Shown here in pieces: positions 1-12,875 of a stretch of 64,000 bases of DNA. The DNA is from Zancudomyces culisetae HAW-14-8 (Eukaryota; Fungi; Kickxellomycota): contig JBNJNM010000008.1 of the NCBI GenBank assembly GCA_052426225.1, positions 1,860,001 through 1,924,000 of the forward strand, written 5' to 3'. The notes below the pieces were generated by a model. That model made no database searches. It was not told the DNA's origin and was given only the letters and a program-made list of their open reading frames with translations. The position numbers and the translations under genes were made by a program. Numbering within the stretch: the first letter of the stretch is position 1; each line of letters begins with the position of its first letter.

Positions 1-268
1 TATTGTAACACAGTACCTGTAGTGCTCCTAGGATTACGAAATCTACAGAATCCAAGTAACCAAAAAGTTTTACCCCGTCATACTGCAAGTTGTTTCCAGC
101 ATCTACATCTACATCCACATCCTCTATTTCTCCTTTTTTATTCGGTTTTTTATGGTCGGACTTTGTGCTCAAGCTTTTGTCAACGATAAAAGCTGATTTT
201 ACTTTTTCGGTCGATTTCGCCCGTGCTTTTGTGGTATTTTCCTTTTTCACACTTTTCAACCTTGTCAT
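1..268 (-). CDS. 5' part of an unidentified gene running off the window edge (Lys-rich N-terminus)
   Basis: ATG at 268 (minus) opens MTRLKSVKKENTTKARAKSTEKVKSAF...DVDVDVDAGNNLQYDG with no stop before base 1; possible GTAAAA donor near 73. Confidence 0.5.
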   Translation of the reverse strand, partial: MTRLKSVKKENTTKARAKSTEKVKSAFIVDKSLSTKSDHKKPNKKGEIEDVDVDVDAGNNLQYDGVKLFGYLDSVDFVILGALQVLCYN

Positions 269-2269
269 TTCCAAACTTGATTTATCTTTGAACTTAACTG
301 TGTACTTGAAAAGATAATATTTGAAAAAAACAAAAAACAAAAAACAAAAGGGAATACTCTAGTACACAACAAAAAACGATGGTTTAAAAGAAAAAAGGTG
401 GTGGGGTCTTTTGTTCACTTGGTTTTTTGATATGATCGTGTAACAATAAGCAGGTGCGGGCGAGCGTGTGGTCAAGAAGTTAATATGGGGCTCAAGTAAC
501 TCCCAAAAAAAAGCGTTTTACCAGTTGGGCAGCAGTGGTACCGCCTTGCTACTTTCTAGAAGTATTTTGCGCTGATTGTACCTGAGGTATCTTGTTTTTT
601 AAATACTGTTATACCATGAGTGATCCAAAATATCGATGGTTAACCAGCTATCACATCATGCTCTTAAAACAAATTAAAAAGTTAACTTTTCTCAGAAAAA
701 CACCAACCCTCGTTCATCAATACTAATGATTCGAGGATAGAACAAAATCTTTCTCCCCCATCCCCACCTGCACGCGCTGAGATTTTACTAGCGAAATGTT
801 ATTTGCTTTTCTTTTTACACTCGGTTTATGGAGGGATGGTGATTGGTTAAATAGTAAGTGGTGCGTTTTAGTTGGAACAAATATTGCAGATAGATATATT
901 GAAAAAAAGTAGTAGTCGATAAAAAAAAAGGACTTTATTTTATTTTTGTAATAGTAGACTTCACCATGTAGGAAGTTGATAATTGAACTCAGTAACGGTA
1001 GAAATAAAATAGTTAAAATTTAGAGGACATCATCACGGCCATGAAAAAAAAGAGAGAATCTGTTTCTAACTCTAATTGCGGGTATATTTGCTAAAAGTTT
1101 GTAGTTTTTTTTCCTGAGAGATCACCTAGGATGCGGTATATCTGAATGATGTCTAAATTTTGAATATATCTTTACACGTACACGTACACATATTTCATTC
1201 AGTTTTACAAGAATTTCGGTATCATTTATAATAATTTCGAACATCAGCTACCAAATTGTGTTGTAAAAAAATTCCCTTCCCTCCAAAAAAAACGCCACCA
1301 TTCACATTTCGATCAATGGCTGTGCATAAGCATGAGGCGACCGAGCCAAATTAAGCCCTCAAAATCTACAGACTGTAATCATTTGCGTTTATGCACACAA
1401 TTAGTACAAAAACGACAATACTAGCATCCTCGTGCCTCCGCCCCCGTTCACACCTGCGCCACGCTCATAACTTTAGAGATTGTTTGGTTTATGCTATTGA
1501 AGAGAGTGGGTTCGAAATAGAAATTAGCCTTGTAGAATAATCTATATAATTTTTAAATTAAAAAGCCGCAACTTCTATCTCAGTTTGGTTTGGTCCATTT
1601 ATATGACAGCCTAATATAAGGCGGATCAAACTGAGTGACTAGCCAATATTTAAAGTGTCGTCCAGTAAAGGATTTCTAGCAATTTAATAACCGAAAAGTG
1701 GATAAAGTGGAGCACTAAAATGTCTGGAGACAGAATGCCACATATATTTTGTTGCACTGTTCGCTTTCCAGATGAGTGGTAACTATGCGCTAGAAGCAGA
1801 AAACCGCGTACTAGCAGAAAAACACGACAATGCGTACAATTATAGTAAATACTTTGACTTGTTTTTTTTTCCTTGCACGTTTTTTTTACGCCATCGTTCA
1901 AAAAATTAACTTTAACTTAACAAAAGGATAGTAGGAAATATAAAAATAGTTTAAAGATAGTATGGGTTGACTCTGTTTTCATTTTCCGTTTGTTTTTCGC
2001 AATAACTAAAAGCATTTACATATACAACAGCTCGTCATTACTATACGTATTTTATAGTTGGAATAACCAAATGTGAAATAACAACATCGCAATAACAGAG
2101 ACGCATATCCAACTTATTCAAGAATAACAATAAAAAAACACCAGATAATTTCAATCTTGGAAAGTAGAGCTTAAATTGGTGTGTATTGAGGGTATTCAAA
2201 CCGAGTAAATAGTCAGATTTACAATAAATATTGGAGTTAAAAACGGTATACAAAAAAAACAAATAAATA

Positions 2270-2935
2270 ATGGATGACAATAGTAAAAGTATGAGCTCAA
2301 AGAATAGAGCGCCAGAGTATCGAAAAATAGCCATCTTAAAGTATGGGAGTGCGGCGGCGATTGGATTTATTTCGGTAGCCTTTGTTACGCTACAAGAATC
2401 ATTAATATTTTTGTCTAACAGCAACCTAAGCATCCAAGAGATAAACAACATTCAATCGAATAACTTTGTATTTATGGGCGGTTTAATGCAGTTTATTGCT
2501 GGTATGTGGCAGCTTGCAAATGGTGTGACCTTGGATGGAAGCGCTTTTTCGACATTTGGCGTTCAGTGGATGGTTAAAGGTGCATCCAACTACTTTTTAG
2601 GGGATAATACCATTGACCCAGATCCCAAAATAGCTTTAATTAAGTCTAATATTCAGTTTATAAACTCTATTCCCTGGTCAATTTGGGTCATAATAATACT
2701 CATTTCGAGTCTCAAAACTTCAATTTCAAACATTGTGTTTTTTTCACTGATGAACATGACAGTGCATCTAACAACGATTGCTGCATTGACAGAAAGCTTC
2801 GAAGTAATGCTGGTTGGTGCAATTTTCGAGCTATTGTTTTCGATTGCAGCCTTTTACAAGGCTGCCACAGTACTAATAACCAAAGAAACGTCATATTTCA
2901 GCGTACCTCAGGGGAAGATAGTGAGCGAGGTCTGA
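2270..2935 (+). CDS. GPR1/FUN34/YaaH (ATO/SatP) family acetate/carboxylate transporter
   Basis: 221-aa single-exon ORF with about 6 hydrophobic segments; motifs GGLMQFIAGMW, AFSTFG, AAFYKA typical of the family. Confidence 0.85.
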   Translation: MDDNSKSMSSKNRAPEYRKIAILKYGSAAAIGFISVAFVTLQESLIFLSNSNLSIQEINNIQSNNFVFMGGLMQFIAGMWQLANGVTLDGSAFSTFGVQWMVKGASNYFLGDNTIDPDPKIALIKSNIQFINSIPWSIWVIIILISSLKTSISNIVFFSLMNMTVHLTTIAALTESFEVMLVGAIFELLFSIAAFYKAATVLITKETSYFSVPQGKIVSEV

Positions 2936-2988
2936 AGGGTAAAATGGCAAAGGAGATCAAAGCCAGAGTGAGAGTCAGAGTCAAAGCA

Positions 2989-3028
2989 AAAAATAAAATA
3001 AAATAAAATAAAATAAAATAAAATAAAA
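2989..3028 (+). repeat. (AAAAT)n pentanucleotide microsatellite in 3' UTR
   Basis: about 7-8 direct AAAAT copies. Confidence 0.9.
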
Positions 3029-3627
3029 AGACGAGCAGAAAACTAATGTAGGAAATGATATTCAAGCATAATATTTAGTGATCTAATGTTTCTTTACGTT
3101 TAGACCGATGTTCATTTGCATATTGTATTTATTACATATTGTATTTGCCCTTTTGCACATGTAGCAGTTCAAACGAACTTTATTAATAAAACATTATTTA
3201 TTATTTGTTATGCTATTGATCTAACAGTGCATGTCACTATAGAACATATGGATATATCATATCACAGACCAAAAGTCTATTTTTGATTCAGTCTCAAATC
3301 AGTGGTTTCCGCCTTATGGCTTGAAATACAAATTATACTGGTACATCAGCTACTTTGTGTTTAGAACTTTGATTGGATAAACCTCAATCTCTACCTCCCC
3401 AAAAAAAATCGAAAATGAAAGGAAAAACTGAAAGCCATTGAATGGAGCAGAAAGAGGGGGATAGCGATGAAAAAGCGGAGGATTGAGCTATAAAACACTA
3501 AAAATATCGAGCCTGGCTTGTGGGTCTTTAATTCTTGTTTGATTTCCACAACATATTTGGCGATTCAAGTAGCTAAGGCTACATCCACAAACTAGTAACA
3601 AAATATATAGAAAAGATATACGAAACG

Positions 3628-5094
3628 ATGGCAGAAAGGAGGGGATTTGAGAAGCATAAGGGAGGATACGCACATTTAAGACCCAAAATGAGATCTGAGG
3701 GTTACGAAAGCCTTAGAGATAACAAAAAGCCATCCTGGAAAAAAAAGCTTTATATAAAGCAAGAATACCCAGACGACTATGTCGATGAAACGTTCTTGAG
3801 AGAAATGCAAAAAAACGGTGAGTTTTTTTTAGCTTGAGTTGGCTCCAGGTTGGATATTTATTTTATGCTTGTTTGTCCAAGTTATCATTTAATAAAATGT
3901 TCAGTTACAACAAAATGTGAATCAAACCATCACAGGAGGGGAGAGCACAAAATATTAGAGATACGGGATACTACTACCAAATAAGCTCTGAATATAAGAT
4001 AAAAAGTGTAGTAAAATCTATAAAAAATGAAAATGAAATAATGATTTATAGTGGATATAAGGATATACGAATATTGGACAGTGGTAACAGAGTCAATAGT
4101 GGTCACTCAACATTTCAGCAGCATCATAATCTTTGTCGCCTTGTTTATACTCCTAGATAGAGGAGAAATTACCGAATATGTGCTTTTACGACTAAGTTTT
4201 ATAGGTGTGGTCATATGTTTGGTTATTTGGGATTATCTGGCAGTTACATATAAAGTGGTCAACTTTAGGGTATTTGGTAAGAATATTCAAAATAAAGATA
4301 TTGGCTTCGAGCGTAGTAAAATTATTCAAAGATAGCAACATTTGTGTCAGATAAGGTTTTAACTGGTGGAGAACGATAGTACTTTTGTTTACCTGACTGT
4401 TTGCATATAGTGATGAGCTAAACAAAAAGAAAACCCACTACATAACATAGAAATGCGAATATTGAAGGGGATGGTAAACCTGACAATGATATTATACTTC
4501 CTTTCACCAGTATTAAGAACTCTCACCGAGGATACAAGCAACGACACGATATATGCACTTTCCGTTGTCTTTTTTATGGTGAACCTGACGTTGTATGACT
4601 ATAGTGAAAAAAAGGACTTGGTAATTATAAAGTTTCCCGATTCCATATCGATTAATGCGGCAGTACTGGCTTCAGTACTGTTAGCGAGTAGGTTATCGAG
4701 CAACAGCTCAGTATTTGCCTTGTTGACAACAGCGATGGTATGGTTTGCGCTATTTCCGATGTTTCGAAGGTTGCTGCTCAAGACTTCCATCACAGCATCA
4801 AAGTGGCTGGCCTTTGTTATGGCGCTTGTCGGGACAATTATGTTTATTCCGATCAACAAAACCGTCAGCTTGGTTCACTTTGTATTGGTTTTTGTCATAA
4901 CCTTTATTTGCCCAATCTGGCTAATCTGGATTCAGCGATACAAAAAGTAAGTTAAACGCGACAATAAGTATATTTATTTTGTTTACTGTTTTTACAAAAC
5001 ACAAATATATTCAACATGTAACAAATTCGGAATAATAATGAATAGTAATATCCACGGGCCTTGGGACGAAGCACGACCTATAGTATACAACTGA
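3628..5094 (+). CDS. GPI2: GPI-GlcNAc transferase subunit GPI2/PIG-C (4 exons: 3628-3817, 4052-4276, 4451-4946, 5046-5094)
   Basis: WKKKLYIKQEYPDDYVD, LSPVLRTLTEDTSNDTIYA, SINAAVLASVLLASRL, spliced C-terminal YKNNIHGPWDEARP; GT-AG introns keep frame. Confidence 0.93.
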
Positions 5095-5282
5095 CTCGAT
5101 TGCAATTTTCTATTTCCCGGTTATCCATATTAGAGCTTATTCTGTATTACTATTGTCGGTGTTTATGAACCAATTTAATCTAAGGATTTAACCACACATA
5201 CAAACATACGTTATCAAAAAGCTTTTGTTTTGGCTATTAGCTTCAAATTCAAGAGATGGATAAAACTGAAAAAAAAAGAGTT

Positions 5283-8200
5283 TTAGTAAGGCTGTAAAAA
5301 GACCAGAAAGTTGCTAACTGAGTTTACAACGCGACCTAGCGTCACTTTTACGTGCTCAAAGCGCTTTTCAGCCATTACAGTTTTCAAATACTTCAGCTCT
5401 GATTTGTACTTTGATCGTCGTCTGCTGAATACATAATAAAATGCATATAATCCCAGCCTAAAGTATAGTATATATAGCAAAACCCTGTTAATCACTTTCT
5501 TTGCTCACCAAAAATACTGAGTATGGCTATGTAAAAAAAAATGACTGAGTGCATACCAAATTACTTGAACATGTGTGATGTTAAAGAGCATCACCCTCTC
5601 CTTTCTTGTCCTTGTGGATAATTTCGGTCTAATAAGGCTCCAGCTGTGATGGATGGTGTGCCAAATCATGTTAATATTAAATTTTGAGTTAAATTTTGCA
5701 AAGTGAACGGATTTGGTGTATTGGTGAACCTTTTTGGCAGTAAATACGAAATTCTGAAAGAGGTTTTGCAGTGTTGTGAGCCGAGAATTCAACGTATTGT
5801 TGACAAACAGTACATTTAGGCGATGACTGGTGGCACTATTTTGGATTTCAAGTAGTTATATATTTTCCCGATTATTGTCACCACTGATAGCAAATGCTTT
5901 AGACTATGTTTTTCGGTTATCAAGGTGATGGAGGAGGAGTGGTATGTCTATATAAAAATCCACCATTTTCAAACCGAGAAACCAGCAAGCAATGAATTTT
6001 ACCTTAGCATTTTTTCTATAAACCTTTTCCCTGGGTTCTTGGAGCTGTCGATTGTTAGTGATGTTTTGATATCTATAGCAATGAAAAGTAGCCAGTGAGA
6101 ATATTGCATTGAAAGCTTCTATTTACCACTTACTATTGTTAAAAAACCTAGAGTAATCCGAGCTAACTTCTAGCGAATGGTGGTTTATAAGCAGTCCATT
6201 CCAGGGAAACCCAAAACAAGAGTTGGTGCTATTTACTTTGCATCCGTCCATTTCCAAATCATAATTCACGAGTGTCTTTTGGGGGTTTATTTGACAACCA
6301 AAATCTCCAAATCCTCTAGACATGATTTGAAGAATTTTAGTAACCTCATCCTTGTATCGTGATAGAACCAGATAGTCATCCATATATCTAATGATAAGCG
6401 TGTCTCTGCCATTGTTTTTACAATATTTTGCTAAATACTCGCTTTCTAATGCACCAAGGTACAAATTGCATAGTAATGGTGATAATATCGATCCCTGAGG
6501 AACCCCTACTTTCTGCTTCAACAACTCACTACCAACTCGTACATAATTGTTATTCAAATGCAAATCCAGAATTTTTAAAATGTTTGCACTGCTTAAAATA
6601 CTTGTATTCATTTTGTCAATAATCACGCTGTTGTATTTAAAAGAGCTTTGGTTTGTATCAAGTGTACTGACAATTCGTTCTATAGACGTATTTCCAGACA
6701 AAAATAAAATATTATTTTTATTGGCTTGTATTCCACAATACACACACTGTTTTATTGGTGTAAACCACTTCGAAAACATTTTATCATGGTTTCACAAGTA
6801 TACTCATGTTGGGCTGCAAAATGTAAGATCGGAACCTACTTGTATTGAGAACAATTTTCTTGTAGTCTGCTACAATCTTTCCTTGAAGATAATGAACGTT
6901 AGCAGAGCTCTTCAGCAGAAACGAGTCGTTTTTCAGGATGCCCTCAACTTTTTTTATAAGCTTGCTAATTATGACCGAATCAAAAGCCCGGTTAATATCG
7001 ACCTTCGCCATATAAATCTGCTCCGTCCTAAATTACATTGGTTAGCATTTTCTTGAATTTTTTTTGTCTGAACGATTTGTTGAGTTGTAGACTCAAACGG
7101 CGCATACCACTACTAGTAGAAATAACTTACCCATAATAGCCGTTTTTAATTAACATTCCTTTAAATTTTAGTAGGTTATCCAAAATATCCTTTGCCCCAA
7201 ACACAGAAAACCCAAAAAGACATTTGCTCTCTTGCTATATGCCATCAAGAAGATAAGTTGGTGTTAGATTCTCAACTGCATGATCCAAGTGGTGGAAATA
7301 TGGCCACCAGAATGACTATATCCTTACCTTAATCAGAGTCAGAACGTCGAATGCAGCCTTCAAGCCCTTGAAATGTTCTTGATTGCCCCAGCCATTTAAA
7401 GAATTCATATCATGGGTTTCGTGGTTTTTATCCAGTTCCTATGTCAGAAACAAAAGTGATACAACTATGGGTTATCTGGAAGAAATATACTAATCGAGAA
7501 AATAAAACAGGAATTATGATCAAGTCGACTGAAATTTTACCCGTGCTTTTCCAAAGTTAATAATAGTCCTGAATCCGCTTTCTTTGGGTAACAGTCGAGC
7601 ATAAGAAATGGCTAGCTTAGACGCAACTACGTTTTTGTCTACGGGTGTTAGATTAGGCCTTATTGACTTGTATGCTGGCAGCGTTATTTTTAACCATACA
7701 TCCTTCCGAAAATAAAAGAGCTTATTTCTGTGAGAACAGCTTTCGGTGATATAAAAGTTTGTTCTTATTAACTGGAAGATAAAGTCATGTATAACCCAAT
7801 GGACAAGGCTCGAGAAAATCCTTTTCCTTCTGATACTTTCATCCGGCGTTTCATGAATAGACCCACCAGTTTTTCTGTCTTGTAAATTATATGTTCTGCT
7901 CTTAAAATGTAGCCATTGGTCACATTCATTTACCTATATTGGTAAAGTCAAACTGTTCAAAGGTATTGTGCCTAAATGGTATAGCTAGAAAACAAATAAC
8001 GTACCTTCATTCCACTTAAAAATTGGTTCAGTGAAAATTTATCATGTCTCCCAGCGCAGATAACAGCTTTTATCACTATTAAGCGTATCATTTTTAGTAG
8101 TATTAATTAAGTTTTTGCTTTGCAATACCCTTTTTTCGATACTTAAAAGGCTGTTTTAATAGAAACTCACCGGTTTTTAGTCTTTTATGATTGTTTGCAC

Positions 8201-10519
8201 CACCGATCAACCACGTCGGTAAGATCCTTTTAATGCAAGAGCTAATAAACCAAAACACCCTTCTGTAGCTAGTACAATATCTGATAGGCGATGATGGTGA
8301 TGATGATGCTGATGATGGAAGTGGAAATGGTATTACACCATTATTCAGCTTCCTTGCTTGTAAGCAAATGGCGCCAATACTTGGCTGTGTACCATACTGC
8401 TCTAGCTTTTCCACCATTACCTTTTGCGCTGGTGTGTCTACAGTATTACGGGATGGATATGCAGATTTTTTAGTCAAGGCTCCGGACATACGAGTCTCTA
8501 AGAAGTTAGTGCGGGAAAAGATGCCTCCAATAGCAGGTGTTGAGGTATCACAGGGTGATATCGGTGGGGACGAACCATAACTATTGTATTTTCGTCTTTT
8601 ATCTTCAGAAGTACCGTTAGACAATATACTGGGAATATCTTTTGCTTTTCTCTTATTATTCCTATAATCATTGTTAACTACAGCAAATTCAGGGTTCGGA
8701 CAACCAAGCACTCCCCCTGGATTTATTGTGGGCAGACCAGATGTAGTTGATTGTGCTGAACCATTTTCTGCAGTAAAAAATGCCTGGCTAGCCATAGTAA
8801 AGTTATTGTTACAAATCGAAAACTGATCAATACCGTCATCGCTGTCACTTTCCATACCAAAATCTACAATATTTTCACAAAGTTCGTCCAGCTGATTCAA
8901 GCTGACATCTTTGGACGTAGCAAATAATAGTTCTTTCAGGTTTGTTCGTTTGTATTTTCTCAACATTTCTTCCACTATTTTGTCAAATTTACACATCCTC
9001 CACTTGCTTAGCTTTGGCTCATATCTACAAAAAATGTCCGAAATCAGTTTACGCTTCAATTCCCTAAACTTAGAGTCAGAAGAACCGCCATTCGGTTGGT
9101 GTGTATGAAAACCTGTACTTTTGCGTTGCTTAGATGTTTTTCGCTGCATGTCAGATAGTTTGTTTAGTGGATGTTCTACACCCAACCCCCACTGGAGCTC
9201 ACCCCTTTGGTTGTACTTTGGCCTCGAGTAAATTATGCTCTCTCTGCCGTATTTCTCTTTAGAATATGCATCTTGGTCTGATTTATCGCGTTTCTTGAGC
9301 TTTTTCTTTTTCTTTTGCGTGTTAGAATTAAATTTCGGTTTAGCACTTGGACTTGGTAATGGAAATCCACATATTTCGGACTCCAATTCTTTTCTAATGC
9401 AAACAATACTAGATGATTGAATAAATCTATGCTTCAGCCTTGGAATTAGTCGGTCCATCGGTTCACCTACATTATAACTCTATGGTTAATGATTGTTTCA
9501 AAATTGTATACGACAAAGAGTAAAAGGTAAAAGGTAAAAGAGATGATAGCTATGGAGAATGTTTAAATGCTCTACCCACCTGTTAACTGCCTGTAACGAT
9601 TTTTATTCCCCAAATCAAAAATACTGGTTTCACATAGGATGTGCATCATAAACTCGCTTCCAACTCTAATGAACCCAAATAACAAAAAAGGGGTATGAAA
9701 TAAGAGTAATACGCGAGATTCTTGAATAATAAAGAGGTAAAGATGTAAAGATGTGAGCTAGGAGGTGTGTATAGTTACATTTTAAGAAGCTGTTCCCAGT
9801 CGTTGTTTGTAAGCCTCGACACTACTACACTTGGATGTGTGTTGACTACCTGGCGCTCTCCCTCAATATTTTCTGGCCTATTTTCGGTTGTCTAAACATC
9901 ATAAAACTCATTATTATAGCTCTAATTACAGACAAAAGTCACTAGCCAAGAAATAATTAGCCCCTTGTAGTTTAAACCGTACAGAGAGCTTGTACTCTGG
10001 TGATATTTTTGGAGGGTTTTGATGAGAATAAGTAGCTTTACCAATCTGTAACCATACACTAGTATATTTCTTTTGTAAAAACTCTCATTCCTATCCTCTT
10101 CTTTCTCCAGCGCCTTTTTTTCGTGCTCGAACGCCTTACATAGCCTTTTAATTGCCCGATGCACTAACTATTACCAAATATTTTGATTTTCCTTAACTCC
10201 ACACTGAAAAATAAACAGAATAAGAGGAAACAAAAAGAAAAAAATCGCGAATATAAAGGGAACGTACTGAAAGTTGGTTTTCTATGGGTTCTTCGTATTG
10301 TAAAGACGTGTTTTCTGCACAAGCGTTACAAACAATTGTGTTTTTTAGGAGTTTTTTTAGACCTTTTTCGCGCGCTTCCTCCATCTTCAACCTGTCCTCT
10401 AACTGAGGAAATACCAACACATCATTTATATACTCGCCCAGACTCTGTACTCTTCTGTATACCTTTAAAATAACAGAATCCTGAGTCTTGTGGCTCATTT
10501 CTTTACGTTTTTTCGCCAT
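5283..10519 (-). CDS. TERT: Telomerase reverse transcriptase, ~14 exons, apparently intact
   Basis: Spliced by eye: TEN domain (NILVYGYR; WEQLLKIVGSEFMMHIL..TSIF..YRQLTGEP), QFP region (VFWFISSCIKRILP.WLIG..N), T motif (FYITES..RNKLFYFRKDVW), motifs 1/2 (ARLLPK, FRTI), A (KVDINRAFDSV), B' (GVPQGSILSPLLCNLY), C (RYMDDYL), D (GCQINPQKT), E (WNGLLI), CTE to stop at 5283. Confidence 0.95.
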
Positions 10520-10995
10520 TTTCGCTGTCTTGAATACTTCCAAAATGAATAGCTATCGAAATCAGACGTTAATAACATATACACAAATCGACTAAACTCG
10601 ATCTTTTTTCCTCTATATCGATATGTATGAAGGAACATGTACTCAAGAGTAAACAACCTCAATGTAACGGAAACGTAAAAGCAAGGGAAGATAAACCTGT
10701 TCACCTCAGTTCATGTACAAGTTTTAAACTGCTTTCCTTTTGTTGTATACACTATTCTCTGGTACATTTATCGGCTCGGTGATTGTACAATATTTTGGTT
10801 CTTTGCATTTTGTAACCAAAGAAAGCCCCGCTCAGGATTTGCGGGAGATATTTTCAAACATAAAAAAAATTTTGTCAGGCAAAATTTTAATCTACACAGT
10901 TTGTCTCCTTATTTGTTTATTTTTAAGATATGGAAATTCTCGGGTATTAGCCTTTCTTTTATCGGTTTCAATTAAAGAAAAATAAAATTGGAAAA

Positions 10996-11486
10996 ATGAC
11001 AATCTTAAACAGAGGAATCTTTAGAATTACGACCAGAAGAATCTCAAACTCTTCGATTTTGCGTGGAGGTCACGGTCCCGAGTTACAAGAACCATCTGGA
11101 TACTTGTTCAACAGAAAGGTACTTAATTTTGTTTTGTTATTCTAACTCAAAACGATAAAACCATCTCAAACAAAATCGTAGTTACTAACTATATACTCAA
11201 CATATTATAGCCCGGCGTAAAGTATGAACGCGAAGGATGGGAAAATCTGTGGTACTTTGGATTCTATCCAGTAGTGTTGTTTGGTGGAATCGGCCTTTAC
11301 TTTAAGCCAGATACAAAGTAAGATAATTTTTCATTAAGATTTTAGTTGGCAATGATATATTTTTTTCGACACTAACACTCTAATTTGGAATTTAGGCTTC
11401 GAACCTGGGCTAGAGCTGAAGCAGAAAAGCGAATGGAGGAGCGCGGCGATACCTTAGAATACGAGCATACCGAATATATTATTTAA
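10996..11486 (+). CDS. NDUFB11: NADH:ubiquinone oxidoreductase ESSS subunit (NDUFB11), 3 exons
   Basis: Arg-rich presequence, EPSGYLFNRK|PGVKYEREGWE, TM segment, KPDT|KLRTWARAEAEKRM; not in ORF track because of introns. Confidence 0.9.
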
Positions 11487-12875
11487 TTACGTTTGCCCTT
11501 TCTTAATTCAATGTTTTTTTTTATTCAATTTGACTTGCTTTCCTTATCAGACCGGTGTATGCGATTCTAAAACTATTCAATACAGTTTATGAGTGAGCCT
11601 AAGTCTTTTTCACAGTAGTTGGAAAGCAGCCATATAGTCCTGCTTCCAAGAGAATAACAATGGTCTACTATCCAAAGAGGCCATTGCCCTTGGTAAAAAA
11701 AAAACTCAGTATACTTTATCTTCAAATGATGTAGGACCAGTGGGAATGCATAATTATATATAGTTGTAGATGATGAAGACCCCCCTGTGGTGCATGGTAT
11801 TTTGTAGTAATAGGCCTGAGAATAACAAATCGCCAGATAGATAGTTTTATTGTATTTGAGTTTGGATGTCCTAATTCTGTGAGACTTGCCGAAATTTTTT
11901 TGATTCATATCCAACACTCGTAGCTTTAGACAGGGAATGTATGTGCGCTGTAATCGAGTGAGAGTTATCACCAACTGAGTACATGTTATTGAAATGATTT
12001 ATTTAGTAAGTATAGGTCAACCATCACTTTGCCTATTTCCACAACTTTAGTCCAGCTGTATTGGTCTATTTCAGTTTAAACAGCTCATATTAAAAGTTTT
12101 ATTCCCTTGCCTGACTTTTTTAAAATAATTTTGGGTGGCTAGCCGATCAGAAGAGAACAAAAAGTGTGGTTTTGCGATCTGATAGCGGACTTTTACATTT
12201 ACCTGTTTCACCCGCAGTAGTTGTTTTTTATAGAACAGGGTTGCGTGGCATAAACATAGCGAACTACCTGATACTAATGTACACATTATCGGTGTATGCT
12301 TTCCAAGAAGCCATTAGAATATGAGTAGTTTATAGTACCTTTTACATAGCATGCTTTGTTTTTTTTCATTTTTCCTTCCCTTTTGACATTTTGCTGAAAT
12401 GAATACGCCATTACAAATTTGTTAATTTTGAGGTAAAACCCCAAATCACGCAAATACTCAGAAACATTTAAAAAGTAAAATAAAATTTTTTTTTGATGTG
12501 ACCAATTACAAACACGATATTATTTTTGAATGTTGAATCTACAACATTACAAAAAAAATAAAATATTCAAAGTAAGCGAAAATCTATTCTTGCAACCTTT
12601 TAACTTGCAAAACCCAGGGAATATATACAGGTGTAAGTATACAAAAAATATTTTTATATATTATCGGCAGGCAGGTTTTATGCACAGAGAATTTGTTTGC
12701 ATTATTCTTTGAGTGATTATTTCGATACAAGTTTGAGGCCTTGTTGCTGTGCTGGAGATTCAAAGTCTTGTAATATTGAAAATTGCATGGTTTATTGGAG
12801 ATAACAGATAAATTATTTTTGGATTCAACGAAATTAACTTTGGAATACTGGATTATAGGATAGGATCATACAAAA

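Noticed and set aside
6123-7011. RT-domain ORFs as a retrotransposon
   Set aside because: Many spliceosomal introns plus TEN, T-motif and CTE identify it as cellular TERT
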